A stretch of 64,000 nt of DNA from an uncultured Arcobacter sp. (GCA_965140705.1 OZ223300.1:1184001-1248000); one strand, 5' to 3'. Positions 1-9,655 are shown, counted from the first letter of the stretch. A program made the numbers and translations. The notes: generated by a model not told the origin, from the letters alone.

Positions 1-5
1 CCTTT

Positions 6-1043
6 TTATTCTAAATACTGAATCACTTTTGCTAATTCATTATATTTTGTTAGACAATCATCACAATTAACTAAAATCTCTGATTTTGCTATTATATAAC
101 TTTTGCCTGTTGTTCTATTTCTTACTACATTCTGTCCATCGATATTTTCAACTGCATCAAAAGTACCAATGAATTTTGTACCCCTTAAACTTACAGTTTC
201 TAATCTTTCACCTGGTTTAATTTTGTCTTCGTATTGTAAATATGCCAATCTAGCAGAGGTACCTGTTCCTGTTGTGCTTCTACAAATAACTCCTGGGTGA
301 ACATAAGTGGTTGAGCGTGAGGTATAAAAACCATCTTCTTTTTTCTCAACTTTTCCCATAAAATGTAAAAAAGGAACTGGTCCCACATCACCTAATAAAT
401 AGTGTCTTAGTGACTCTTTTTTTCTAACTGCTTCAACTATTAAATAAGCTGTATCACTTAATCTTTTTTCTTCATCAAGTGTAAGATTAAATCCTAACTC
501 ACTAGCTTCTATAAGGATATAGAAACCTCCACTATAAGCTACAGAATAGGTAATCTCACCTAACTCTTGGATTACAATTTTTTCTTTATATTGATAAATA
601 TAACTTGGAAGTCCCTCGCAAGTTATAGATTCAACAACACCGTTTTCTACTTTAGCTTCAATATCTACAAGTCCAGCTGGTGCTTCAAGTTTAAATTTTA
701 AGATACCATCTTTTTTCTCAACTAATCCATTTTCAATAACAGCTGTTGCAGTACACATAGTGTTTGAACCTGAATATATAGGATAACCCATAACTTCCAT
801 AATAATATATCCAGCAACTGCTTCTTCATTTTTAGAGGGAACTACCAAATCTATAGACATCTCAGGGATACCATAAGGTTCATAAAGTAGTGTTTCTCTC
901 AAATCATCAGCATGTTCTTGCAAGTAAAGCATTTGTTCTCTTACACTATTACCCTCTAACTCTTTTATACCTGTAAATACTATTCTACTCACATCACCAC
1001 CCGCATGGGTGTCTATTAGTCCTATTGTGTGTGGCTTATTCAT
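6..1043 (-). CDS. Proline racemase superfamily protein with Ser/Thr catalytic pair (probable hydroxy-amino-acid dehydratase)
   Basis: N-terminal IDTHAGG; LRETLLYEPYG; YSGSN in place of MCGH; CRSTTGTGTSAR in place of DRSPCGTGTSAR. Confidence 0.85.
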   Translation of the reverse strand: MNKPHTIGLIDTHAGGDVSRIVFTGIKELEGNSVREQMLYLQEHADDLRETLLYEPYGIPEMSIDLVVPSKNEEAVAGYIIMEVMGYPIYSGSNTMCTATAVIENGLVEKKDGILKFKLEAPAGLVDIEAKVENGVVESITCEGLPSYIYQYKEKIVIQELGEITYSVAYSGGFYILIEASELGFNLTLDEEKRLSDTAYLIVEAVRKKESLRHYLLGDVGPVPFLHFMGKVEKKEDGFYTSRSTTYVHPGVICRSTTGTGTSARLAYLQYEDKIKPGERLETVSLRGTKFIGTFDAVENIDGQNVVRNRTTGKSYIIAKSEILVNCDDCLTKYNELAKVIQYLE

Positions 1044-2193
1044 TTTCTATCTTTAAAGAGTATTTTGCACCATGTTCTTCCCATTGAGAATCAGGTACTA
1101 TTACTATTTTTCCTAAATATCCTTTTCCCCTTGAAACAAAATATTTTTCTGCTTCATGGAGATTTGAAAGTTTAAAGGTTGCATGTAAAATGGGTTTTAG
1201 TTTTTCCTCTTTTATCCATTGCATTAACTGTTTTGCTTCATTTTTTGTACCATGTGATATCCCATGAATCTCTACTTGATAAAGATAAATCTTAGACCAT
1301 AATACTTCAGTGATATTATATGAACTAGCTCCTGCTATACTTAGTCTTGGGTAGTCATCTCTTTTTTTCATATCTATAATCATAGTATCAATAAAAATAT
1401 TTGTATATTCTCCACCAACTAAATCCATAACAGCATCAATATTTTCACCCTTTGTTGCTTCTAGAATTCTTTGTTTTAAAGTTGAGATTTCACCTCTATC
1501 AATCACTTTTTCAGCACCAAGAGCTAAAAGTTCCTCTTCTTTATCCTTAGAACTAAGGGCATAAGGGATAGCTTTTAAGACTTTGCACATTTGAATTAGG
1601 GCAGTTCCAACTCCACCACTTGCACCGCTTATTAGTACTTTATCTCCAGCTTTTACCCGTGAGGCATTTAACATTCTAAAGCCAGTTTGATATGAACACA
1701 TACCAAGAGAAGCTAATTGGGCATCATCAAGATTTTTATTTGGCATAGCATAAAAGTTTTCACTAGGAACAACTACATATTCCGCATATCCACCATCTGC
1801 TCCATGTCCATAATAATCAGGTATTAAATTTAAATCGGGATTTTGAGATAAATAGATATTAAAATCAACAAGCCCCCTTTGACCTATTAGACTTCTATTT
1901 TCATCATCTGCAACTTTTTCAACAACTCCAACGATATCTGCCCCTTGAATTCTTGGAAAGGTGAAGGTATTATCTCCTGTCATATTAAAAGAGGTTACCT
2001 CTTCTTTATTGTTATCATCAACTGGATATAAACCTTCTCGGGCTTTTCTATCTGTATTATTTTTAGCTGTTGCTGTTACTTTTATTAGAACCTCACCTTT
2101 TTTGGGTGTAGGAATTTCAACATCTTTATATATTAACTTATCTATTCCACCATGACCAACTAAGACCATAGCTTTCATTGAATTATTTTCCAT
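1036..2193 (-). CDS. MDR-family (quinone-oxidoreductase-like, Zn-independent) NAD(P)H oxidoreductase
   Basis: GEVLIKV, NNTD, PRIQGAD (no GHE or Zn-binding Cys), DGGYAEY, SGASGGVG nucleotide-binding motif, GKIVI. Confidence 0.85.
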   Translation of the reverse strand: MENNSMKAMVLVGHGGIDKLIYKDVEIPTPKKGEVLIKVTATAKNNTDRKAREGLYPVDDNNKEEVTSFNMTGDNTFTFPRIQGADIVGVVEKVADDENRSLIGQRGLVDFNIYLSQNPDLNLIPDYYGHGADGGYAEYVVVPSENFYAMPNKNLDDAQLASLGMCSYQTGFRMLNASRVKAGDKVLISGASGGVGTALIQMCKVLKAIPYALSSKDKEEELLALGAEKVIDRGEISTLKQRILEATKGENIDAVMDLVGGEYTNIFIDTMIIDMKKRDDYPRLSIAGASSYNITEVLWSKIYLYQVEIHGISHGTKNEAKQLMQWIKEEKLKPILHATFKLSNLHEAEKYFVSRGKGYLGKIVIVPDSQWEEHGAKYSLKIENE

Positions 2194-2197
2194 AATT

Positions 2198-2246
2198 ACT
2201 CCAATTAATTTTAATTTATATTCTTAGGTATAAAATTAACTGGAGT
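2198..2246 (-). promoter_or_regulatory. 16-bp hairpin sequestering the SD of the MDR reductase gene
   Basis: Minus strand ACUCCAGUUAAUUUUA pairs with UAAAAUUAAUUGGAGU; one G-U pair on the mRNA strand; GGAG SD lies in the 3' arm. Confidence 0.6.
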
Positions 2247-2262
2247 GTTCTATCACATTAAA

Positions 2263-2286
2263 ATATACTCTGTTAAAAGAGTATAT
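2263..2286 (-). terminator. Possible terminator or stabilising hairpin after teaD
   Basis: ATATACTCT / AGAGTATAT 9-bp inverted repeat followed by a short U run on the minus strand. Confidence 0.45.
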
Positions 2287-2316
2287 ACTTATAAATTTGA
2301 TATCTTTTATTTTCAT

Positions 2317-2763
2317 TTAGATAACCAAAACAGGACATTTAGCTAGACCAGAAATTTTGTGAGAAGTCCCACCAAGTAAATAACCAGTCAAATCACCTTG
2401 TCCTTGTTTACCTACTACAATTAGGTCGATATCATTTGTTTTTGCAAAATGTAAGATTTGCTTTGCAATTTGTCCTGAACGAATAAATCCTTTTACTTTT
2501 TCTTCTTTTAGTCCTAAGTTATGAGCTATTTTTTTACCATCTTCTACAATCTCTTTTGCATATTGACCTAAAACATCATCCATAGTTTCATACTCAACTG
2601 CACCCCTTACCATAGATAAAGAACCTTCAATAAAACTATGATGTCTAAATACAGAAACAATATTTAATTCAGAATCAAAGTTTTTACAAATCTCACAAGC
2701 TTTTTCAAGTGCATTGTAAGCTAACTCTGAACCATCTAGTCCTACTAATACTTTTTTAAACAT
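2317..2763 (-). CDS. teaD: Universal stress protein, TeaD-like
   Basis: KKVLVGLDGS...DLIVVGKQG...LLGGTSHKI..AKCPVLVI USP signature; directly after the TRAP large permease. Confidence 0.85.
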   Translation of the reverse strand: MFKKVLVGLDGSELAYNALEKACEICKNFDSELNIVSVFRHHSFIEGSLSMVRGAVEYETMDDVLGQYAKEIVEDGKKIAHNLGLKEEKVKGFIRSGQIAKQILHFAKTNDIDLIVVGKQGQGDLTGYLLGGTSHKISGLAKCPVLVI

Positions 2764-2773
2764 AAGTTCTCCT

Positions 2774-4057
2774 TTATCTAAAAGCTAAGTCCCTAAAATA
2801 TAGGGCAATTTGTGGGAAGAAGATTAGTGCAACAGCGACTGATAAAAGTATAAAGATAAAAGGAGGTGTTCCTTTTATTACTTCAAAATATGGTCTTTTA
2901 AATATTGCAATTGCTGTAAAAATATCACAACCGAAAGGTGGTGTGGCTGAACCAATAGCAACTTGTAAAGTAATTATAGTTCCAACTAAAACAGGGTCCA
3001 ATCCCACTGAATCAACAACTGGTGAAAAAATTGGAACAAGTACTAAAATTACAACAATAGGATCAACAAACATACAACCAACAAAAAATGCAATAGATAT
3101 AACTGCTAATACCCCATATGGACCCATCTCTTTTATACCAATTGATGCTAATATTTCTTGAGGAACTTGTGCAAAAGATAAAATCCAAGCAAATGCTGCA
3201 CCAGCAGCAACCAAGATAAATACTACCGCTGTAACTAAACCAGTTGCAACAGCTGAACTATAAAATTCTTTAAATTTCATAGTTTTGAATATAACACCTT
3301 CTAAAAATAGAGCATAAGCAACACTAATAGCAGCAGCCTCAGTTGGGCTAAAAATACCACCAAAAATACCACCGATAATAATTACTGGAAATCCTAAAGG
3401 CCATAAAGCATAATAAAATGCTAATAATCTCTCTTTCCATGTAGATTTTGGTTGTGTAGGAATATCATTTTTATATGCATAAGCAATGCTGTATATTGAA
3501 AAAAGAACTAAAATCAAAAGTCCTGGTCCAATACCAGCAATAAATAATTCAGGAATAGAAGTTTTAGAAACAATTCCATAAATAATCATCCCAATACTAG
3601 GAGGAATTAAAAATGCAATATCACTAGAGTTGATTATTAAAGCAAGAATAAATGAATCTTTATATCCACCTTTTTGTAGTCTTGGTCTAAGTGGAGAACC
3701 AATTGCTACAACAGTTGCTTGAGTTGAACCTGAAACAGCTCCAAACATTGCACAAGCACAGGCAGTACTAACTGCCAAACCACCTTTTATATGTCCAACA
3801 AAAGACATAACTAAATCAATCAATTTTTCAGCTGATTTTCCCCTTGTCATAATATCTGCTGATAAAATAAACATAGGAACTGCAATAAGAGCAGCTGGTC
3901 TAATACCACCCATCATTTGCTGAATCATAAATTGCATTCTATCAAAATCACCAAATACTTCATAGAATCCAACAGTTGATCCTGCAATTAGAGGTATCAT
4001 CATTGGAAAGCCTAAGAGTAATAATACAACCATTATAGAAAAAATTAAAATTGCCAT
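2774..4057 (-). CDS. teaC: Ectoine TRAP transporter large permease (DctM)
   Basis: DctM motifs GAVSGS, LIPPSI, FSPTEAA, TPPFG; context with teaAB, teaD and doeA. Confidence 0.85.
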   Translation of the reverse strand: MAILIFSIMVVLLLLGFPMMIPLIAGSTVGFYEVFGDFDRMQFMIQQMMGGIRPAALIAVPMFILSADIMTRGKSAEKLIDLVMSFVGHIKGGLAVSTACACAMFGAVSGSTQATVVAIGSPLRPRLQKGGYKDSFILALIINSSDIAFLIPPSIGMIIYGIVSKTSIPELFIAGIGPGLLILVLFSIYSIAYAYKNDIPTQPKSTWKERLLAFYYALWPLGFPVIIIGGIFGGIFSPTEAAAISVAYALFLEGVIFKTMKFKEFYSSAVATGLVTAVVFILVAAGAAFAWILSFAQVPQEILASIGIKEMGPYGVLAVISIAFFVGCMFVDPIVVILVLVPIFSPVVDSVGLDPVLVGTIITLQVAIGSATPPFGCDIFTAIAIFKRPYFEVIKGTPPFIFILLSVAVALIFFPQIALYFRDLAFR

Positions 4058-4066
4058 CTCTTACTC

Positions 4067-4654
4067 CTAAACTTCTATTTGATTGGCTGCATCTGTATAA
4101 CCATCTTTAATATTTGTAGAAAGGTATACATCTTCATACCTAATATTTTTAAGTATTGTTGAAAAATATTGTAAGCCAGTGATTATAAAACCAATAGGAA
4201 CCCATAAATATATAATATAAACATCAATTCCTAGTGCAGGTAATATTCTTCCACTGTTATAAACACTTATGATATATAAAATCGAATAATATGATAAAAG
4301 GAACATAAATATACCAGTTACAGCTGAAATAATAATCATAAATATTTTTCTCAAATTAGAATTTAATAAGTCATAAATAGCAGACATTCTTATATGTCTA
4401 CCTTGTCTTGCTGCATAACTTAATCCAGCAAAAGTTACAATAACTATAAAAATCATATTTAATTCATCTGTGAATATAATTGCATCATTGAAAATAAATC
4501 TACTAACAACTGCTGCAATAGTATTTATAGCCATTGCTATAATCCCAAGTCCTAACATCAGTTTTTCAAATTTACCGATCAATTTATCTATAAAGTCAAG
4601 ACCTTTAAAAAGAGGGTTGATCTTTTTTTCGGATACTTTTTCTGAATTCTCCAT
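4067..4654 (-). CDS. teaB: Ectoine TRAP transporter small permease (DctQ)
   Basis: Four TM helices; GLSYAARQGRHIRM DctQ motif. Confidence 0.85.
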   Translation of the reverse strand: MENSEKVSEKKINPLFKGLDFIDKLIGKFEKLMLGLGIIAMAINTIAAVVSRFIFNDAIIFTDELNMIFIVIVTFAGLSYAARQGRHIRMSAIYDLLNSNLRKIFMIIISAVTGIFMFLLSYYSILYIISVYNSGRILPALGIDVYIIYLWVPIGFIITGLQYFSTILKNIRYEDVYLSTNIKDGYTDAANQIEV

Positions 4655-4665
4655 GTAAACTCCTA

Positions 4666-4691
4666 AATAGATAGCTTAAGTGCTATCTATT
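4666..4691 (-). other. Intercistronic hairpin between teaA and teaB
   Basis: AATAGATAGC / GCTATCTATT 10-bp inverted repeat just before the teaB SD; typical of SBP mRNA stabilisers. Confidence 0.55.
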
Positions 4692-4713
4692 GTTTTATTA
4701 AAACTAAAAAGTT

Positions 4714-5727
4714 TTATTTTGCATTTTTTTCTGCTTCTTCTAGGTCTTTTCTCATTTGATCTAAAAGTTTTTTATTTGAAGCACTTTTTGAAGCAAACTT
4801 TTCTTGAACTGGTTTTGCTCTTTCTTTGAATGCTTTTCTCTCTTCTTTTGTTAAAGTAACAATTTTATAATCAGGATTTGTTCTTACTATTCTTCCTAAA
4901 CCATAAGCATCAAGTTTTTGAGCCTCTTTTAAAATCACTTTTTCAGCATGAGCAGAAGCTGCTTTTACAAGTTTTTTATCTTTTGCACTCAATTTATCAT
5001 AGAATTGTTTGTTTGTAACTGCACAAGCATTAAAACTACTATGTCCTATATAAGTTAAAACTTTTGATAATTTATCTAAATCATAAGCTTCAATCCAAAC
5101 AGTTGGGTTTTCTTCACCATCAACCATGTTTGTTTTTAAAGCACCAATTAAATCACCCCAACTCATTGGAACAGGAGAAGCTCCAAATGCTTTATATGTA
5201 TCAACCAGAATTGGAGAACCAGGCATAACTCTCATCTTCATTCCTTCTAAATCTTTAGGAGATCTAAATACTTTATTTGTGGTAATTGCCATTTCACCTT
5301 CTGGGAAAACTGCTAATAATTCTAATCCATGTTTATTGAAAATTGGAGGTAAAAGTTTATTAATAGCTTTTGAGTGTTTGAAAAAATAGTCTAACTCTTT
5401 TGTATCAGTTGGTAAAACGTAAGGTAGAGTAAATAGATCCATTTCTGGAATTGTTCCACCCATATAACCAGTTGATTGTCCTAAAAATTGAATCAATCCA
5501 GCTCTTGTTTGTTCCATTAAATCTGTCTCTTCACCCAATGAACCAACAGGATATATTTTAATTTTATTGTCAGAATGACTCTCTATATAGTTTTTAAATG
5601 CTACTGCATAAATACCTTGAGGATCATTTACTCCTTCACCCATTGCATACTTCCATGTTGCTGCACTAAGACTTGTTGCAGCTATCATACCTGCAAGAAC
5701 TAGAGATTTTAAGTTAATTAATTTCAT
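4714..5727 (-). CDS. teaA: Ectoine/hydroxyectoine TRAP substrate-binding protein (DctP family)
   Basis: Signal peptide; WKYA..E, MEQTRAGLIQF, KMRVM, DGEENP..W as in TeaA/UehA. Confidence 0.8.
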   Translation of the reverse strand: MKLINLKSLVLAGMIAATSLSAATWKYAMGEGVNDPQGIYAVAFKNYIESHSDNKIKIYPVGSLGEETDLMEQTRAGLIQFLGQSTGYMGGTIPEMDLFTLPYVLPTDTKELDYFFKHSKAINKLLPPIFNKHGLELLAVFPEGEMAITTNKVFRSPKDLEGMKMRVMPGSPILVDTYKAFGASPVPMSWGDLIGALKTNMVDGEENPTVWIEAYDLDKLSKVLTYIGHSSFNACAVTNKQFYDKLSAKDKKLVKAASAHAEKVILKEAQKLDAYGLGRIVRTNPDYKIVTLTKEERKAFKERAKPVQEKFASKSASNKKLLDQMRKDLEEAEKNAK

Positions 5728-5813
5728 AAGTTTTCCTTTATTTTTTTATTTGTTTAAACACCATTACTTTGCGTACTCTAAAAAGATTTTTTATTTTAAT
5801 CCTCCTTTATACT

Positions 5814-6998
5814 CTATTTAATGAATAACTCTCTTGGGAAATCACAAAAAGTTTCCACTCCAGTATCTGTTATATAGATACTTTCAGTTATCTCCATTCC
5901 CCAATCAGCTTGCCAAATACCTGGCATAAAATGGAAGGTCATACCAGGTTCTAATACTGTTAGGTCAGTTGACCTTAAACTACAAGTTCTTTCACCCCAA
6001 TCAGGAGGATAACTAACTCCAATAGGGTAACCACATCTTGCACCATTTCTATCAATACCATATTTATGCATTATAGTATCAACTGCATTTGCAATATCAC
6101 AAGTTCTATTTCCAGGTTTTGCTTGCTCTAATCCTGCATCAATAGCTTCTATTAAAGCTTTTTCTGCATCATAATATTTTTGGTTAGGTTTCCCCATAAA
6201 AATAGTTCTTGACATAGGACAATGATATCTTTTATAACAACCTGATATCTCAAAATAAGTTGCCTCATTCTTTTTAAAAGGTCTTTCATCCCAAGTAATA
6301 TGAGATGCAGATGCATCGGCACCTGAAGGTAACAATGGTACAATTGAAGGATAATCACCACCATATCCATCAACACCTGCAATTGCAGTTTCATAAATTT
6401 GTGAAACAACATGACTTTTTGGAATACCAACTCTTACTACATCTAAAACTCTTTGATGTATCTTTTGAGTGATTTTTCCAGCTATTTTCATATATTCAAT
6501 CTCTTTTTGAGATTTAACTCCTCTAGCCCAATTAACTAGGTTATTTGCATTTATAAAATTTGCATTTGGTAGAGTTGCTGTTAATCTAAAATGAGCCTCA
6601 GCTGTATAATAATAACTATCTCTCTCAGTTGCTATTACACATTTGTCCCATTTTTTCTTATTTAAAATATTATTACCAATCCATGTCATTGGATGTTCAT
6701 CTAAATTTTGTACATATTTTTCTGGATAACCATAAAGATTATCTTCTTTCATGTAACATTTTATCAATGCGGCATTTCTATCCATAAGTCTTCCGAACCA
6801 AATAGGTTCATCCTCATCAAGGGAGATAATAACCCCTTGATGAACATAAAAAGACCAACCATCATATCCTGTAAGCCAATTCATATTTCCAGGATCAGTT
6901 GCAATTAAAACATCGATTCTTCTTTGTTGCATCAATGATTTAACTCTTCTAATCCTTTGGACATACTCTTTTTTTGTAAAAGGTAATTTTTCTCTCAT
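5814..6998 (-). CDS. doeA: Ectoine hydrolase (M24 pita-bread fold, DoeA/EutD)
   Basis: NWLTGYDGWSFYVHQ, GGDYPSIVPL, FEISGCYKRYHCPMSRT, GYPIGVSYPPDWGERT. Confidence 0.92.
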   Translation of the reverse strand: MREKLPFTKKEYVQRIRRVKSLMQQRRIDVLIATDPGNMNWLTGYDGWSFYVHQGVIISLDEDEPIWFGRLMDRNAALIKCYMKEDNLYGYPEKYVQNLDEHPMTWIGNNILNKKKWDKCVIATERDSYYYTAEAHFRLTATLPNANFINANNLVNWARGVKSQKEIEYMKIAGKITQKIHQRVLDVVRVGIPKSHVVSQIYETAIAGVDGYGGDYPSIVPLLPSGADASASHITWDERPFKKNEATYFEISGCYKRYHCPMSRTIFMGKPNQKYYDAEKALIEAIDAGLEQAKPGNRTCDIANAVDTIMHKYGIDRNGARCGYPIGVSYPPDWGERTCSLRSTDLTVLEPGMTFHFMPGIWQADWGMEITESIYITDTGVETFCDFPRELFIK

Positions 6999-7006
6999 CT
7001 TATTTC

Positions 7007-8401
7007 CTATTTAACAGGACCTACCCAAACTTGTTGAGTATTTACAAACATTTTAATACCATGAGGGCCTAATTCTCTTCCTAAACCTGATTTTTTAACT
7101 CCACCACTTGGAAGTCTAGGATCTGATTTAACAATTCCATTAATTGAAACTTGGCCAGTAACAATTTTACTTGCTATTTTTTTACCTTTTTCAATATCCC
7201 CTGTCCATACTGAACCACCTAAACCATATTCAGTGTCATTAGCAATTTCCAATGCATGATCTGCATCTTTTGCTTTAATAACTGCTGCAATAGGACCAAA
7301 TGTCTCTTGACAAGATACAACCATTCCAGGTTCTACATCTGCTAAAACAGTTACAGGAAAAAAGAATCCTTTTCCTTCCATTCTATTTCCACCTAAAACC
7401 AGTCTTGCTCCTGCACTTACTGATCTATCAACTTGTTCGTGCATCTCTTCAACTAACTCACGTCTTGCTATTGGACCAATTTTTGTTGATTCATCTTTTG
7501 GATCACCTAAAGTTAGTTTTTCAAATCTCTCTTTTAATAAAGAGATAAATTTCTCATAAATAGGCTCTTCTACAATGATTCTTTTTGCAGCAATACAAGA
7601 TTGACCAGCATTGATATATCTTGAAAGAACAATTACATCTGCTGCATGTTCTAAATCTTTTGTATCAGCTAATACAATAGCTGCATCACTTCCACCAAGT
7701 TCTAATACTACTGGTTTGATTTCACTTCCAGCTATTGCACCAACTGCAGCTCCTGCTTTTGATGACCCTGTTAATGATACACCAGTAACAAGTGGATGTC
7801 TAATGATTGATTCTATTTGTGAGTGATTAATAACTACATTTTGAACTAAATTTTTAGGCATACCTGCTTTTTCAAAGGCTTGTACAATTTTAATTGCACA
7901 TAAAGGGGTATGAGAATCATGCTTCATAATACAAGAGTTTCCTGACATAAGAGCAGGGGCTAAGTATCTAAAAGCTAACCAAAAAGGTGCATTCCAAGGA
8001 AGTAATCCTAAAGTTACACCTAAAGGTAAATATTGTACAAAGCTTTCTGTTGCATCAGAATCTATGAATTCTGTTTTTAAATATTCCCCAGCATTTTGAG
8101 CATAGTGTTCTGCTGCCCAAGCTGCTTTATTTACTTCTCCCCTTGCTTCGTTAATAGGTTTTCCCATCTCTTCAGTCATAGGTAGTGCATATTCATCAAG
8201 ATTATCTTTCATCTCTTTTGCAACAGCTCTTAAAAGTTCAGCTCTTTGTTCAAAAGAAGTGTCTCTCCAAGAGTTTATATAAGCATCTTGTGATTTTTCA
8301 ATTATCTCTCTTACTTCTTCAGCTGTATCCATAGGTATCTCATACACTGTCTCTTCAGTGTATGGATTTATTGATTTAAAATGTGTTGAACTGTATCCCA
8401 T
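7007..8401 (-). CDS. NAD(P)-dependent aldehyde dehydrogenase (SSADH/Sad-like; likely DoeC-equivalent semialdehyde dehydrogenase)
   Basis: PWNAP, LTGS, LELGGSD, NAGQSCIAAKR (catalytic Cys), ETFGP, GGVKKSGLGRELG. Confidence 0.9.
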   Translation of the reverse strand: MGYSSTHFKSINPYTEETVYEIPMDTAEEVREIIEKSQDAYINSWRDTSFEQRAELLRAVAKEMKDNLDEYALPMTEEMGKPINEARGEVNKAAWAAEHYAQNAGEYLKTEFIDSDATESFVQYLPLGVTLGLLPWNAPFWLAFRYLAPALMSGNSCIMKHDSHTPLCAIKIVQAFEKAGMPKNLVQNVVINHSQIESIIRHPLVTGVSLTGSSKAGAAVGAIAGSEIKPVVLELGGSDAAIVLADTKDLEHAADVIVLSRYINAGQSCIAAKRIIVEEPIYEKFISLLKERFEKLTLGDPKDESTKIGPIARRELVEEMHEQVDRSVSAGARLVLGGNRMEGKGFFFPVTVLADVEPGMVVSCQETFGPIAAVIKAKDADHALEIANDTEYGLGGSVWTGDIEKGKKIASKIVTGQVSINGIVKSDPRLPSGGVKKSGLGRELGPHGIKMFVNTQQVWVGPVK

Positions 8402-8410
8402 AATAACCCC

Positions 8411-9655
8411 TTAACCTAAGATTGCTTCAACAGATTTTACAAATCTGCTTAGACCCTCTTTTAAAGTATCTTCTTCAATTGTCAATGGAGGAATAAATTT
8501 GATGATTTCACCTGTACTACAAGCTCCAATAATCAAGCCATTTTCAAAACATTTAGTAGTAATCTCTTTTGTCATTGCTGCACTTTCAAAATCAATTGCT
8601 AACATCATTCCTTTTTGTCTTACACCTTTTACAGCATCATATTTAGAGTTTAAGGTATCTATAGTCTCTCTTATAATGTCACCTTTTCTTTTTGTTTCAT
8701 TATTAAAAGTTTCATCTTTGAAATATTCTAAGCCAACTTTACCTGCTACAAAAGAGATACCTTGTCCTCTAAATGTACCAGTATGTTGTCCTGGGTTCCA
8801 AGCTTTATCAATCTCTGGTTTATTAACTAGCATTCCAATAGGAGTACCTAATCCACCTAATCCTTTTGCTAAAATTATAATATCTGGATCAACATCTAAA
8901 TCATCAAAACTAAAGTAGCTTCCGCATCTTCCTACACCACATTGAATACTGTCTAAAATAAATAGTGCTCCAGTATCTTTTGCTAGTTTTTGTACACCTT
9001 GTAACCACTCTTTTGTAGCAACACGTACACCACCTTCTGCTTGTACTGGCTCAACAATAAAACCAGCAGGAGGCAACATCCCTGAACCTAAATCAAACAT
9101 TTTTTGTCTTAAGTTTTCTAAAGCATCCATATCATTAAATGTATCTCTAATAACATTATTTAAAGGAACTCCTGAACTACTTCTAAAGGCATTGTTTGCT
9201 GTACAAGCTAATGCACCTAAAGTCATACCATGGAAACCTCTATTAAAAGCAACAATTTCTGTTCTACCAGTAACTTTTCTAGCTAATTTAAGTGCAGCTT
9301 CAACGGCGTTTGTTCCTGTTGGTCCTGTAAATTGAACTTTTCTATCAGCCCAACCACGTGGTTCTAATACAGTTTTTACAAATGTATTTATAAAATCTCT
9401 TTTTACATCTGTAAACATATCTAGTGAGTGAATAACTCCATCTCTTTGGATGAAGTCAATTACTGCTTCTTTCATTTTTGGATTATTATGTCCAAAATTT
9501 AAAACACCTGCACCTGCAAAAAAGTCTATAAATTCTTTATCATTTTCATCTATCATTATCGCGTTTGATGACGATTTAAAAACAGTTGGTACTGCTCTAC
9601 AATAAGCTCTAATTTCTGATTCGTGTTTTTCAAATGTATTCATTTCATTTATCAT
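8411..9655 (-). CDS. ectB: Diaminobutyrate-2-oxoglutarate aminotransferase, EctB-type (class III PLP)
   Basis: ESEIRAYCR, DFFAGAGVLNFGHNN, QFTGPTGTNAVEAALKLAR, FHGMTLG, LAKGLGG, WNPGQHTGTFRG. Confidence 0.8.
   Translation of the reverse strand: MINEMNTFEKHESEIRAYCRAVPTVFKSSSNAIMIDENDKEFIDFFAGAGVLNFGHNNPKMKEAVIDFIQRDGVIHSLDMFTDVKRDFINTFVKTVLEPRGWADRKVQFTGPTGTNAVEAALKLARKVTGRTEIVAFNRGFHGMTLGALACTANNAFRSSSGVPLNNVIRDTFNDMDALENLRQKMFDLGSGMLPPAGFIVEPVQAEGGVRVATKEWLQGVQKLAKDTGALFILDSIQCGVGRCGSYFSFDDLDVDPDIIILAKGLGGLGTPIGMLVNKPEIDKAWNPGQHTGTFRGQGISFVAGKVGLEYFKDETFNNETKRKGDIIRETIDTLNSKYDAVKGVRQKGMMLAIDFESAAMTKEITTKCFENGLIIGACSTGEIIKFIPPLTIEEDTLKEGLSRFVKSVEAILG

Noticed and set aside
5770..5812. Perfect AAGGAGG on the minus strand between doeA and teaA
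   Set aside because: No ATG, GTG or TTG at SD distance; more likely one arm of a weak intercistronic hairpin
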